From NCBI GenBank assembly GCA_947479455.1, contig CANJZE010000002.1:98222-162221 (forward strand): a DNA stretch of 64,000 bases, read 5' to 3'. The translations under genes and the position numbers were made by a program. Positions 19,360 to 28,299 of the stretch are shown one piece after another; position 1 is the first letter of the stretch; every line of letters starts with the position of its first letter. Below the pieces are notes generated by a model. That model made no database searches and had not been told where the DNA came from. It worked only from the letters and a program-made list of their open reading frames with translations. The DNA comes from Bacteroidota bacterium. GTDB lineage: Bacteria; Bacteroidota; Bacteroidia; Chitinophagales; LD1.

Positions 19360-21978
19360 TTAAAACAAATCGCCCTGATTACCTTTTTTTCCCGCTTTAG
19401 GGTTTACATCAAGTTCAATGGTAGTTCCCATTTGTACTTCCTTGGTTCCTTTTTTAATAGAGGCAATACTTTTGGCTTCGTCCTCATAAATCTTTCCGCT
19501 AACAGGGAAAGTGGTGAGTCTGTTGCCGAGAGCTTTCCAGCCCTTAACATCAATCAGGTCGTTGACTTTTACTTCTTCTTCAACCTTCTCTTTGCCCTTG
19601 CCTTTCTCTACTTTAAATTTCACCCATACCTCTGGGCGCGAGCTGAAGACATGCAGTTTAGAACTGTTGTGTTCAGTAATGATTGGCGATTTGAATTTTT
19701 CCGTTTTCAATTCAATCTTAAATCGCTTTACGTAATAATCTTTGTTATCGCCATCGTAGTAAACGCAGCTGTAAATGCGTTCAAGGTCAAATTTCTCAAT
19801 GGTGTAAACATCTTCAACCTCATACTTGTTCGTGCCTTCGAAATTGGTGAGTTCTACGTTTCCGTCTTTATATACTACGAGAATCTGGTCACCCGTATTG
19901 AATTCTCCGAGGTAACTGCTCTTTTCTTTTTCCTCATTTATTAAGCGGCCAAATTTTTCATCGAACCAAATTTTCAAACCGCCAATGGATGATTTGCCTT
20001 TCTCCAACAATTCAATTTTTCGCACCGGAAATTTGGTAAGAATATTTCCAACCGCACCACGACCTTTAATTTCTATTTCAGCAAAATCGTATTCAAATTC
20101 TTTGATGCGCGCAGTGCTGTTTGGATGCAGTTGCACTTTTACTCTTTCCGCTTCGCTGTTTTGGTTGGCTGTGAAATACAGAACTTTTGAACCTGCAGCG
20201 CTTTGCGTTAAATCATATTCTTTATCGCGCGTAATACCTGTAACGTTAAATCGCTTTACAAACACGCGCTTGCTACCACCATCGTAGTAAGCTAGATTGT
20301 AAGCAGTGCGCTCATCGCTCTTCTTCCAAACAGCAATGTGTATGATGTCTTTGCCTACAAACTTTTTATCGCCTAAGCGAACCACCATTAGTTTGCCACT
20401 GCGAGTGAAGGCGATAATATCATCTAAGTCGCTGCACTCGCAAACGAACTCATCTTTCTTTAAACCGGTACCAAAGAAACCTTCTTCACGGTTTACATAA
20501 AGTTTTGCGTTGGTTGCGGCTACCTGTTTAATTTCAATTTCTTCAAAGCCTTTTACTTCGGTTTTGCGCTCGCGACCTTTTCCATATTTCTTCAACAGGT
20601 TCTGGAAGTAAGCCACTGTAAATTCGGTTAGGTGTTTTAAATCATGAGCCACTTGTTTCAATTCGGCTTCGATACCTTTTATTTCTTCATCGGCTTTAAA
20701 TCCATCGAACTTCGAAATGCGTTTGATTTTTATTTCGGTGAGTTTGGCAATATCTTCATTGGTAATTTCTCTTCTGAACTGTTTCTTATAAGGCTTTAAA
20801 CCTTTATCGATTGTTTCAATCACCGCTTCCCATGTTTCGCATTCTTCAATGTTGCGGTAGATTCTTTTCTCGATAAATATTTTTTCGAGCGAACTGAAAT
20901 GCCATTTTTCATTCAAGGCTGCTGCGCGAATTTCCAATTCGCGTTTCAGTAATTCTTTTGTTCTCTCGGTGCTGCGTTCCAAAATCTCATTCACCGTTAA
21001 GAACATCGGCTTGTCTTCAACAATTACGCATGCATTTGGCGAAATAGAATACTGACAATCGGTAAATGCATACAGCGCATCAATCGTTACATCAGGGTCA
21101 GAGCCAGGAGCGAGTTCAATAAAAATTTCTACAAACTTGGCGGTGTTGTCAACTACTTTTTTGATTTTGATTTTGCCTTTGTCCTGCGCCTTAAGAATAC
21201 TCTCAATCAAACTTGTAGTAGTTGTACCAAAAGGAATTTCACGAATAACCAATGTTTTCTTGTCAGCTACTTCAATCTTTGCGCGAACTTTTACCTTGCC
21301 TCCACGCTCACCTTTGTTGTATTCGCTTACATCAACAAATCCTCCGGTAGGAAAATCGGGAAGCAAACGGAAATTCTTTCCTTCCAAGTGTTTGATACTC
21401 GCTTCGCACAACTCAATAAAATTGTGCGGAAGAATTTTAGTTGAAAGACCTACTGCAATTCCATCGGCACCTTGCGATAGCAGCAACGGAAATTTCATCG
21501 GCAGCGTGATGGGTTCTTTCTTTCTTCCATCGTAACTCAACTGCCATTCGGTAGTTTCATTATTGAAGGCAACTTCTTTCGCAAATTTCGAAAGGCGCAC
21601 TTCAATGTATCGCGGAGCGGCTGCAGAATCTCCTGTGCGCACATCGCCCCAGTTTCCCTGAATATCAAAAAGCAATTCTTTCTGCCCGATGTTCACGAGC
21701 GCATCGCCAATACTCGCATCACCATGCGGGTGATATTGCATGGTTTGCCCAATCACGTTCGCCACTTTATTGAAGCGGCCGTCATCCATTTCGTTGAGCG
21801 CGTGCAAAATTCTGCGCTGAACAGGTTTGAGTCCATCTTCAATAGCAGGTACCGCGCGCTCTAAAATTACATAGCTCGCATAATCGAGAAACCAATTCTT
21901 GAACATGCCATCCACATGTATCGTGGTTTGACCTGTTGGATTATTTTCCAGATTCTTATTTTCTTCTTCGTCTTTCAT
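19360..21978 (-). CDS. parC: DNA topoisomerase IV subunit A
   Basis: 872 aa. LKPVQRRILHAL and YHPHGDASIGDALV are ParC-type rather than GyrA-type (HPHGDSSVY) sequences, and no GyrA box was seen. Confidence 0.88.
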   Translation of the reverse strand: MKDEEENKNLENNPTGQTTIHVDGMFKNWFLDYASYVILERAVPAIEDGLKPVQRRILHALNEMDDGRFNKVANVIGQTMQYHPHGDASIGDALVNIGQKELLFDIQGNWGDVRTGDSAAAPRYIEVRLSKFAKEVAFNNETTEWQLSYDGRKKEPITLPMKFPLLLSQGADGIAVGLSTKILPHNFIELCEASIKHLEGKNFRLLPDFPTGGFVDVSEYNKGERGGKVKVRAKIEVADKKTLVIREIPFGTTTTSLIESILKAQDKGKIKIKKVVDNTAKFVEIFIELAPGSDPDVTIDALYAFTDCQYSISPNACVIVEDKPMFLTVNEILERSTERTKELLKRELEIRAAALNEKWHFSSLEKIFIEKRIYRNIEECETWEAVIETIDKGLKPYKKQFRREITNEDIAKLTEIKIKRISKFDGFKADEEIKGIEAELKQVAHDLKHLTEFTVAYFQNLLKKYGKGRERKTEVKGFEEIEIKQVAATNAKLYVNREEGFFGTGLKKDEFVCECSDLDDIIAFTRSGKLMVVRLGDKKFVGKDIIHIAVWKKSDERTAYNLAYYDGGSKRVFVKRFNVTGITRDKEYDLTQSAAGSKVLYFTANQNSEAERVKVQLHPNSTARIKEFEYDFAEIEIKGRGAVGNILTKFPVRKIELLEKGKSSIGGLKIWFDEKFGRLINEEKEKSSYLGEFNTGDQILVVYKDGNVELTNFEGTNKYEVEDVYTIEKFDLERIYSCVYYDGDNKDYYVKRFKIELKTEKFKSPIITEHNSSKLHVFSSRPEVWVKFKVEKGKGKEKVEEEVKVNDLIDVKGWKALGNRLTTFPVSGKIYEDEAKSIASIKKGTKEVQMGTTIELDVNPKAGKKGNQGDLF

Positions 21979-22121
21979 GAAGTGCGAATATGTATTAACT
22001 GTAGTGGCTTATGCTAAAAGTTTTTTAACGCTGTGGATACAAAATATGTGGGAAGTATAGAAAAGGAAACACTCTATAGAATGTAGAATTCAGAATGCGA
22101 AGTGAGGAAAGGGAAAGGCAT

Positions 22122-22152
22122 AAAAAAAGCGTCCTGAATTAATCAGAACGCT
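22122..22152 (-). terminator. intrinsic terminator after tRNA-Lys
   Basis: Minus strand: AGCGTTCTGA-TTAA-TTCAGGACGCT followed by a T7 run. Confidence 0.7.
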
Positions 22153-22155
22153 TTG

Positions 22156-22228
22156 TGATCCCGATGGGAATCGAACCCATGACCCATACATTAAAAGTGT
22201 ATTGCTCTACCAGCTGAGCTACGGAATC
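22156..22228 (-). tRNA. tRNA-Lys (anticodon UUU)
   Basis: Hand-folded 73-nt cloverleaf. Acceptor GATTCCG/CGGGATC, D arm GCTC-AGCTGGTA-GAGC, anticodon arm ATACA-CTTTTAA-TGTAT, T arm ATGGG-TTCGATT-CCCAT, discriminator A. No CCA is encoded. Confidence 0.93.
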
Positions 22229-22242
22229 AATAATTTTTAAAA

Positions 22243-22315
22243 GAACAACTTCAGTTTCGAAACCGTGACCCTCCCGCTAAAAGGCGGGATGCTCTACCAG
22301 CTGAGCTACGGAATC
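22243..22315 (-). pseudogene. degenerate tRNA-Lys-like copy immediately upstream of the functional tRNA-Lys
   Basis: The first 26 nt (acceptor 5' strand plus D arm) are identical to the real tRNA. The anticodon arm is replaced by TCCCGC-CTTTTA-GCGGGA (6-bp stem, 6-nt loop). The T stem and the 3' acceptor strand no longer pair. Confidence 0.6.
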
Positions 22316-22340
22316 ATCCTGATTTTTTAAAATCGGAGCG

Positions 22341-22348
22341 CAAATATA
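22341..22348 (-). promoter_or_regulatory. candidate Bacteroidota -7 promoter element (TATATTTG) for the tRNA unit
   Basis: The minus-strand TATATTTG matches the TAnnTTTG consensus about 25 nt upstream of the tRNA-like 5' end. No clear -33 element was found. Confidence 0.3.
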
Positions 22349-22384
22349 ACCGCATAGTTTAGAAATAAAACTGCGTTTTGAAAA

Positions 22385-22894
22385 TTACTTCGACTCAAGA
22401 ATTACTCCTTCGGCAAGGAAGGTCAATTCTTTTTTAGGTTCTTTTATTTTGCCAATTTCCGCTTTGCTTTTGCCAGCATCTTCGGCATAGTGCTGCAGTT
22501 CGGCTACTGAAGTTTCGCTCCATGAAGCAATTCCCTGTGCGTAAAACTGTTTGCCTCCGCAATCTTTGGGAACAAAAAATGCGTAATCTTTAAAACGAAT
22601 GCGCATGGTTTGTCCGTTTCCTAAATCGGCTGTCATCCAACAACCCTTTACCTTACATGCCTCAACTACATCGCCTTTTATTTTTACGAACAATTCTTTT
22701 TCCTCTTTCATTTTTTCTGAAAGAAGTTTTACATCGGTAGCTCCATCCTTTGACATTGCAACTCCAAGGCCAGGTTTTGCACAACAAGCACTGCCGGCTT
22801 TTTCTTTCGAAGGATCACAAGTTTTTCCATTTTGTGCTGTTGCCAGGTTCAAGAGGCAACTAATCATTGTTATTAATAAAAATGTTTTTTTCAT
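22385..22894 (-). CDS. DUF4920 domain-containing secreted protein
   Basis: 169 aa with a signal peptide. The KVKGCWMTA...IRFKDYAFFVPKD pattern is recalled as typical of DUF4920. Confidence 0.7.
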   Translation of the reverse strand: MKKTFLLITMISCLLNLATAQNGKTCDPSKEKAGSACCAKPGLGVAMSKDGATDVKLLSEKMKEEKELFVKIKGDVVEACKVKGCWMTADLGNGQTMRIRFKDYAFFVPKDCGGKQFYAQGIASWSETSVAELQHYAEDAGKSKAEIGKIKEPKKELTFLAEGVILESK

Positions 22895-22901
22895 GTTGAG
22901 T

Positions 22902-24152
22902 TTATTTTTGAGAGGACGAAAATAAAAGTTTGAAGTAAAACGAAGGGCTTTTCAGTCGTGCACGCATATCTAAATCTTCAAACATGCACGAAATTGTTTC
23001 GCTTAAAAGTTTGTTGGAGTTGGCTTTGCGGACTACGAGATTGAACAACCACGGAAAGTTTACGAGTTGTTGCATTCGATAAGACAGAAGCAATTCACTC
23101 CATAATCTTTTATAAAGCACTTCATCGTATTGCTTCATAAAAGCAGCTGAGAAATTATTTTGTTGCAAACATTTTTCTGCCTGCACGGCTGCATACATTC
23201 CGCTGAACATAGCGTTGCCAATTCCTTCACCGGTAAACGGGTCAATGAGCATAGCAGCATCGCCACACAGCATAAAATTATCGCCTGAAATGCTTCTTTT
23301 TTTTGAACCTAGCGGCAAACCAAAAAGTTTTACGTCTCCGATTTTTTCCGCGTTTGAAAATCTTTCTTTCAGCACAGAATTATTTTCAAGAATAGATTCA
23401 AACGATTTTTTGAGGTTGATTTTTTTCGCGCTCATTTTATCAGCGCGCATACCTACACCCACATTTACGTAGCCATTCGGCAGAGGGAAAATCCAGAAAT
23501 AGCCTGGAAGAAATTCTTTGAGAAAATGCAGCTCGATAAAATTTTCTGCATCCATACCGCTCACATTTTTATAGTAAGCGCGAAGACCAAAACAATTGTG
23601 CTCAGCTTCGGTTTTTATACCTGCCATATTTTTTGTGAACGATGAATAAGCACCATCGCAGGCAATTACAGTTTTTGCTTTGATGGTTTTGCCATCCGTT
23701 GATTCTGCGACAATGCAGTTGTCTTCTCTTCCATAATTTCTGATTTCAGTTTCTTCCAGCAGTTGCACTTCTTTTTGAAGCTTTACTTTTTGAATCAGCC
23801 AGTTATCAAAATCGATTCGTTTAGAAATAAAGCCTGGTGGGTTTTTCCTTTCATTCTTAGTTTGAAACGGAACACGAAGCGCCTGTTGGTTAGGAGCCAC
23901 AAAAGTTACACCATAAGAGCCAATGAATTTGTTTTCATCATTCTCAATTTCGGGTACGAAAGACTTGTCAAGCTTGTTTAATACTTCCACGGTTTTGCCG
24001 CTAAGTGCATCGCCACAAATTTTATCACGAGGAAATTTTTCTTTGTCAACGATGATGGATGCAATTCCTTTTTTAGCAAGAAACAACGCAGCGCTTGCTC
24101 CCGCAGGACCTGCGCCTATAATTAGAATATCTGTTTGAATGGTAGAAGACAA
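22902..24152 (-). CDS. geranylgeranyl reductase family FAD-dependent oxidoreductase
   Basis: 416 aa. DILIIGAGPAGASAA dinucleotide-binding motif and KICGDALSG motif. Confidence 0.82.
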   Translation of the reverse strand: MSSTIQTDILIIGAGPAGASAALFLAKKGIASIIVDKEKFPRDKICGDALSGKTVEVLNKLDKSFVPEIENDENKFIGSYGVTFVAPNQQALRVPFQTKNERKNPPGFISKRIDFDNWLIQKVKLQKEVQLLEETEIRNYGREDNCIVAESTDGKTIKAKTVIACDGAYSSFTKNMAGIKTEAEHNCFGLRAYYKNVSGMDAENFIELHFLKEFLPGYFWIFPLPNGYVNVGVGMRADKMSAKKINLKKSFESILENNSVLKERFSNAEKIGDVKLFGLPLGSKKRSISGDNFMLCGDAAMLIDPFTGEGIGNAMFSGMYAAVQAEKCLQQNNFSAAFMKQYDEVLYKRLWSELLLSYRMQQLVNFPWLFNLVVRKANSNKLLSETISCMFEDLDMRARLKSPSFYFKLLFSSSQK

Positions 24153-24163
24153 GTAGAAGTGAT

Positions 24164-25324
24164 TTAAGGCTTGTCCCAGTTGCGAACAAATTCAACCAAA
24201 CCGCTCTTTACATTTTCCAGAGCAACAGGATTGAGGTTTTCAATCACATCTCTGCGCGTATGATAAGTAGGGTCTAATTTATCCATTGCAAGTCCTATGA
24301 TAGAAACAGCAGGCAAACCCGCTCTTACAAAAAATACTCCGTCAGTTCCGCCAATAGGAGTAGCGCCAGTTTTTATTGGAATATTCACCGCGCTAAAACT
24401 TTTTTGCAAACGCTCAATCAACAGAGGACTGTAATTCGTTCCGTTCATGGTTTCCTTTTTTACAATGCAAACTTCTTCAGGTACACGAATGCTGTCGATA
24501 TTAATGATGTGCGCGTTTTCTATTTTAAGCTCGTTCACTTTTTGTTCTACATACTTACAGGAGCCAGTTAGCCCTGTTTCCTCACTGCCGAAACTTACAA
24601 ACTTAATGCGCGTATTTTTTAAAGAAGATTTTCCTTTTGCATTTGTAGCAGCAAAAGATTTGAAAACATGAAAGGCGATAGAAACTCCTGTAAGATTATC
24701 GCATGCACCGTCAACAGCATTGTCGCCATGCATGTTGAAATACGTTACAGTAGAAGGGGATAGAACTACAAACACTACAAGCGTATACAAACTCCAATTG
24801 CCTTCACCCAGCAATAAAACCAACAAATAAAAAACAGGCAACAACACCATCAACGCACCTGCAATTACAGTAAGGTGTGCACCCTGCTGACCTAATTTAA
24901 ACCACCACTTAAATTCAAACACACTATCAATATGTCCTGAGAAAATTAATGTGCTCTTCACTTCACCTTCGGGTTCGAGTGTGGCTTCTACATTCCAGCT
25001 TTTCATTTTTGTTCCGGGAAAACTTTCAAGTACAACGCGGTAAGTCATAAAATCTAAAACAAAAGCGAGGGAGTTTGCGAGTGAAACAATAAATGCTGCG
25101 AGTGGAGAAACAAAGTAGAGCAACAGTGCTATAAAAAAAATGGCGCAGTAATATTTCAACTTACCGAAACGTGCATATAGATATGCTTCAAATTCCAGCA
25201 GTTGAACATTGTCGGTTACGGCTTTGCATTTTTCTACAACAAATAGTTGAGCATTTTTTTCTGCTTCGCTTCCCGCAGTGCGCGGTCCAAATTTTTGAAT
25301 TATTTCTGTAATAAATGAGAGCAT
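24164..25324 (-). CDS. M28 family metallopeptidase with inserted membrane segments
   Basis: 386 aa. FGPRTAGSEAE, SGHIDSV and FGSEETGLTGS metal-ligand motifs, with several hydrophobic helices in between. Confidence 0.75.
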   Translation of the reverse strand: MLSFITEIIQKFGPRTAGSEAEKNAQLFVVEKCKAVTDNVQLLEFEAYLYARFGKLKYYCAIFFIALLLYFVSPLAAFIVSLANSLAFVLDFMTYRVVLESFPGTKMKSWNVEATLEPEGEVKSTLIFSGHIDSVFEFKWWFKLGQQGAHLTVIAGALMVLLPVFYLLVLLLGEGNWSLYTLVVFVVLSPSTVTYFNMHGDNAVDGACDNLTGVSIAFHVFKSFAATNAKGKSSLKNTRIKFVSFGSEETGLTGSCKYVEQKVNELKIENAHIINIDSIRVPEEVCIVKKETMNGTNYSPLLIERLQKSFSAVNIPIKTGATPIGGTDGVFFVRAGLPAVSIIGLAMDKLDPTYHTRRDVIENLNPVALENVKSGLVEFVRNWDKP

Positions 25325-25332
25325 GCTAGTGT

Positions 25333-26988
25333 TTATGAATTTATTTTCCGCTCAACTATAGTCAATACCTTACGCTCTAGTTCCTTCGCTTTATCGAGAA
25401 TTTCTTTTCCTTTTTTTAATTTTCTGGCGGTATATCTTTTATCGAAGTAAGAAGTGGCATTTATTTTTACGTTGAGCCAAGCACCGTAAACTGCACTGCG
25501 CGCACAAAGCGCGCCTACGCCTGCATCACTTACTGAATTCGGATTTCCGGTTTCTGCCATCGCTTTTATGACATCAAAACTTTTCAACGAAAGTTCCATT
25601 ACACGAAATGGAACTTCAATGGCATTTTTCGTTGCATCCTGAATGGCTTGTTTGCGATTTGCTTTTTCTTTATCGCTATTTTTAGGCAAAGCAAAAGCAT
25701 CCATTATTTTATTGAATGCTTTAGTGTCTTCATCCACTAAATTCAGTAGCTCATCTTTTATTTTCTGTCCGTCTTCGGCATAGTTCGAAAATTCTTTCCA
25801 GCGCTCATCCCAACCTTTTTTGTGCGATGAAAGATTCGCCACCATAGTTCCCAACGAAATTCCAAGTGCGCCCATATAGGCAGCAATAGAACCACCACCG
25901 GGTGCCGGGCTTTCACTTGCTGTTTCGTTCGCAAACTTTTTCAGGTTCATGTTCAGCAATGGGTATACACCTTCGTCTTCAAGCATGTATTCGATAATTC
26001 TTTTACGAGGCTCAAAAGGAACGAGTTCATCCAAGCCCATGCTCTTCACCGCAATTTTGATGAGTTCATCTTCACTTACTCCTGTGCTGCGTTGTTGTTT
26101 CAGCAGAAAATATTTTCCTGCATCTAAAATTGCTTTCAACGGCATTAAGCCAATCAACTCGCTGCCCGTAACACGCATGCCTCTGTTGTAAGCACTATTT
26201 ACGCACTCATCAAAAGCAACATGAACAGGTGTAATATTTATGTTGGTGAGGTTCATGCTCACCTGCGCAACTCCATATTCAGGAATAAACCAACCTATTC
26301 CTTTTACGGCTTTGCAGGCACCAGCCTCAACAACTTCTTCACCTTTTTCGTTTTTGTTTTTTCTTCCCTGCTCGCGCACATCAAACGCCACGGAGTTAGC
26401 TCTGCGCGTTGAAGTGGTGTTCAGGTTTACATTGTAAGCCACTAAGAAATCGCGCGCGCCAATAGCAATGTTCCCGCTTTGTTCATTCCTTTTTGGTTCA
26501 CCAAAATCAGGCTTCCAGTCTTTAGTTTTAATTTTTTGCGCAATGCCTTCATATTCTCCTGCACGAACACTCGCTAAGTTTTTACGGTGCGATGCACTTG
26601 CTGCATATTCGTAGAGATAAACCGGAATCTTTAATTCTTTTCCAACGCGCTCGCCTAATTTTTTGGCGCAGGCAATGCAATCTTCCATGCTTGCATTTGC
26701 AATAGGAATAAACGGACAAACATCGGCAGCGCCAAATCGCGGATGCGCGCCTGTGTGTTTGCGCATATCAATCAATTCACTTGCTTTTTTGATAGCGCGA
26801 AAAGCCGCTTCCACCACTTCGGTTTCCTCGCCTACAAAAGTTACTACGGTTCTGTTCGTTCCTTTGCCTGGGTCAACATTTAATAGTTTGACTCCATCTA
26901 CGGTTTCGATGGCATCAGTAATTTGCTTTATGATATTCAGGTCGCGTCCTTCGCTAAAGTTAGGTACGCATTCAATAATTTTTTTCAT
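25333..26988 (-). CDS. ftcD: bifunctional glutamate formimidoyltransferase / formimidoyltetrahydrofolate cyclodeaminase
   Basis: 551 aa. The N-terminus IECVPNFSEGRD is typical of the formiminotransferase domain. The C-terminal ~200 aa are helical and cyclodeaminase-like (SESPAPGGGS). Confidence 0.85.
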   Translation of the reverse strand: MKKIIECVPNFSEGRDLNIIKQITDAIETVDGVKLLNVDPGKGTNRTVVTFVGEETEVVEAAFRAIKKASELIDMRKHTGAHPRFGAADVCPFIPIANASMEDCIACAKKLGERVGKELKIPVYLYEYAASASHRKNLASVRAGEYEGIAQKIKTKDWKPDFGEPKRNEQSGNIAIGARDFLVAYNVNLNTTSTRRANSVAFDVREQGRKNKNEKGEEVVEAGACKAVKGIGWFIPEYGVAQVSMNLTNINITPVHVAFDECVNSAYNRGMRVTGSELIGLMPLKAILDAGKYFLLKQQRSTGVSEDELIKIAVKSMGLDELVPFEPRKRIIEYMLEDEGVYPLLNMNLKKFANETASESPAPGGGSIAAYMGALGISLGTMVANLSSHKKGWDERWKEFSNYAEDGQKIKDELLNLVDEDTKAFNKIMDAFALPKNSDKEKANRKQAIQDATKNAIEVPFRVMELSLKSFDVIKAMAETGNPNSVSDAGVGALCARSAVYGAWLNVKINATSYFDKRYTARKLKKGKEILDKAKELERKVLTIVERKINS

Positions 26989-27096
26989 AGAAACAATTAT
27001 TTGCTTTCAACAAAGTATTCAGAGCGAATATAGAAGCAAAAAATAAAGCCGGTGAAATGGAGTTTGAAGTACGAATGAAAAACAAAGAAGGCCGAA

Positions 27097-27837
27097 TTAT
27101 AGGGGTTGAATGATGCCACAAATTTTGCCTTGGTGGCATTCGAACAGCATTTTAAATTCTTTGCCCCCCCGTTTATAGTTAAAGGAACCAGTTCCACCTT
27201 TGGCAATAATGTCTTTAGCAATGGTTGTAAGTTCATCAGGATTTTCAACATTCTTAATCGCATCTTCTAATGTTGAGGTGCGCATATCTGCAGCTAAATC
27301 ATTCATTTTGATAGAAAAATCTGTGCGGAATACGGTGTTTGATTTAATATCAAACTCCACATAACCCACATTTAGCAAACGCTGAACGGTATCTAGTCTT
27401 GAATTTTCCTCATCTAATTGCTTGGTAAAAGTGTCAATTTGTTTGTTGAGTTTAAATCTTTCAAATGCAAATAGTACCGATGAAATCAAAACCTTTCCGT
27501 CAAATTTTCCTTTCACTAAAAAATCTTGTGCACCAAAACGAACGGTTTCTAAACCTACTTCTTCATCGGTTAAGCCGGTAAGTACCATCACTAAGTTACC
27601 CGGAAATTTTCCAAGAATTGTTTTAATAGTATCTACGCCAAAACTATCTGGCAAATTCATATCACTTAAAATAAGGTCGAATTTATTTTTCGCCAACAAA
27701 TCCAAAGCAGCACCCACTGTTTCAGCATGCGATACATTGAAAACAGGTGAGGTAGATTCTCCTAAATAAAATTTCATGAGGAATGCATCTCCCGGATTAT
27801 CTTCTATCAATAAAACTTTCAATTCCTGGTCGGCCAT
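27097..27837 (-). CDS. response regulator: receiver domain plus PAS-like C-terminal domain, no recognisable output domain
   Basis: 246 aa. LLIEDNPGD, phospho-acceptor context LILSDMNLPD, then ~110 aa with a PAS-like pattern (GYVEFDIKSNTVFRTDF). Confidence 0.75.
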   Translation of the reverse strand: MADQELKVLLIEDNPGDAFLMKFYLGESTSPVFNVSHAETVGAALDLLAKNKFDLILSDMNLPDSFGVDTIKTILGKFPGNLVMVLTGLTDEEVGLETVRFGAQDFLVKGKFDGKVLISSVLFAFERFKLNKQIDTFTKQLDEENSRLDTVQRLLNVGYVEFDIKSNTVFRTDFSIKMNDLAADMRTSTLEDAIKNVENPDELTTIAKDIIAKGGTGSFNYKRGGKEFKMLFECHQGKICGIIQPL

Positions 27838-27843
27838 AATTTT

Positions 27844-28293
27844 TTATTCAAATGCTAGTTGCACAGTGTTAAACCAAAAAGTTTCCACTAATTTAATTAC
27901 TCGGGCAAAATCATCAAAATCAACCGGTTTGAGAATATAACAATTAGCATGAAGAGAATATGCTTTTATAATATCATGATCTGCATCGGAAGTGGTGAGT
28001 ACAATCACCGGAATTTTTTTGAGCGAATCATTTGACTTTATTTCTTTCAACACTTCTATGCCGTTTTTCTTCGGAAGGTTTAAGTCCAGTAAAATAATAT
28101 GTGGACGAATAGAGTCGGCAAACCTATTCTTCTTAAAAAGAAAATCAATAGCTTGTTCTCCATCTGTAACCACATCCAAATGAATTTCAATCTTACTCTC
28201 TTCAAGCGCTTCCTGGGTTAATCGAATATCTCCGGGGTTATCTTCCACCAGCAAAATTCTAGGTTTCTCTTTGTTGTTTTTTAAAAAATCCAT
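27844..28293 (-). CDS. single-domain CheY/Rcp1-like response regulator
   Basis: 149 aa. ILLVEDNPGD, ILLDLNLPKKNG, CYILKP. Confidence 0.85.
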   Translation of the reverse strand: MDFLKNNKEKPRILLVEDNPGDIRLTQEALEESKIEIHLDVVTDGEQAIDFLFKKNRFADSIRPHIILLDLNLPKKNGIEVLKEIKSNDSLKKIPVIVLTTSDADHDIIKAYSLHANCYILKPVDFDDFARVIKLVETFWFNTVQLAFE

Positions 28294-28299
28294 GTAGTT

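Noticed and set aside
22243-22315. A second functional tRNA-Lys gene.
   Set aside because: No T stem and no 3' acceptor strand can be paired, and the anticodon loop has 6 nt. It is treated as a pseudogene or tRNA-like leader instead.
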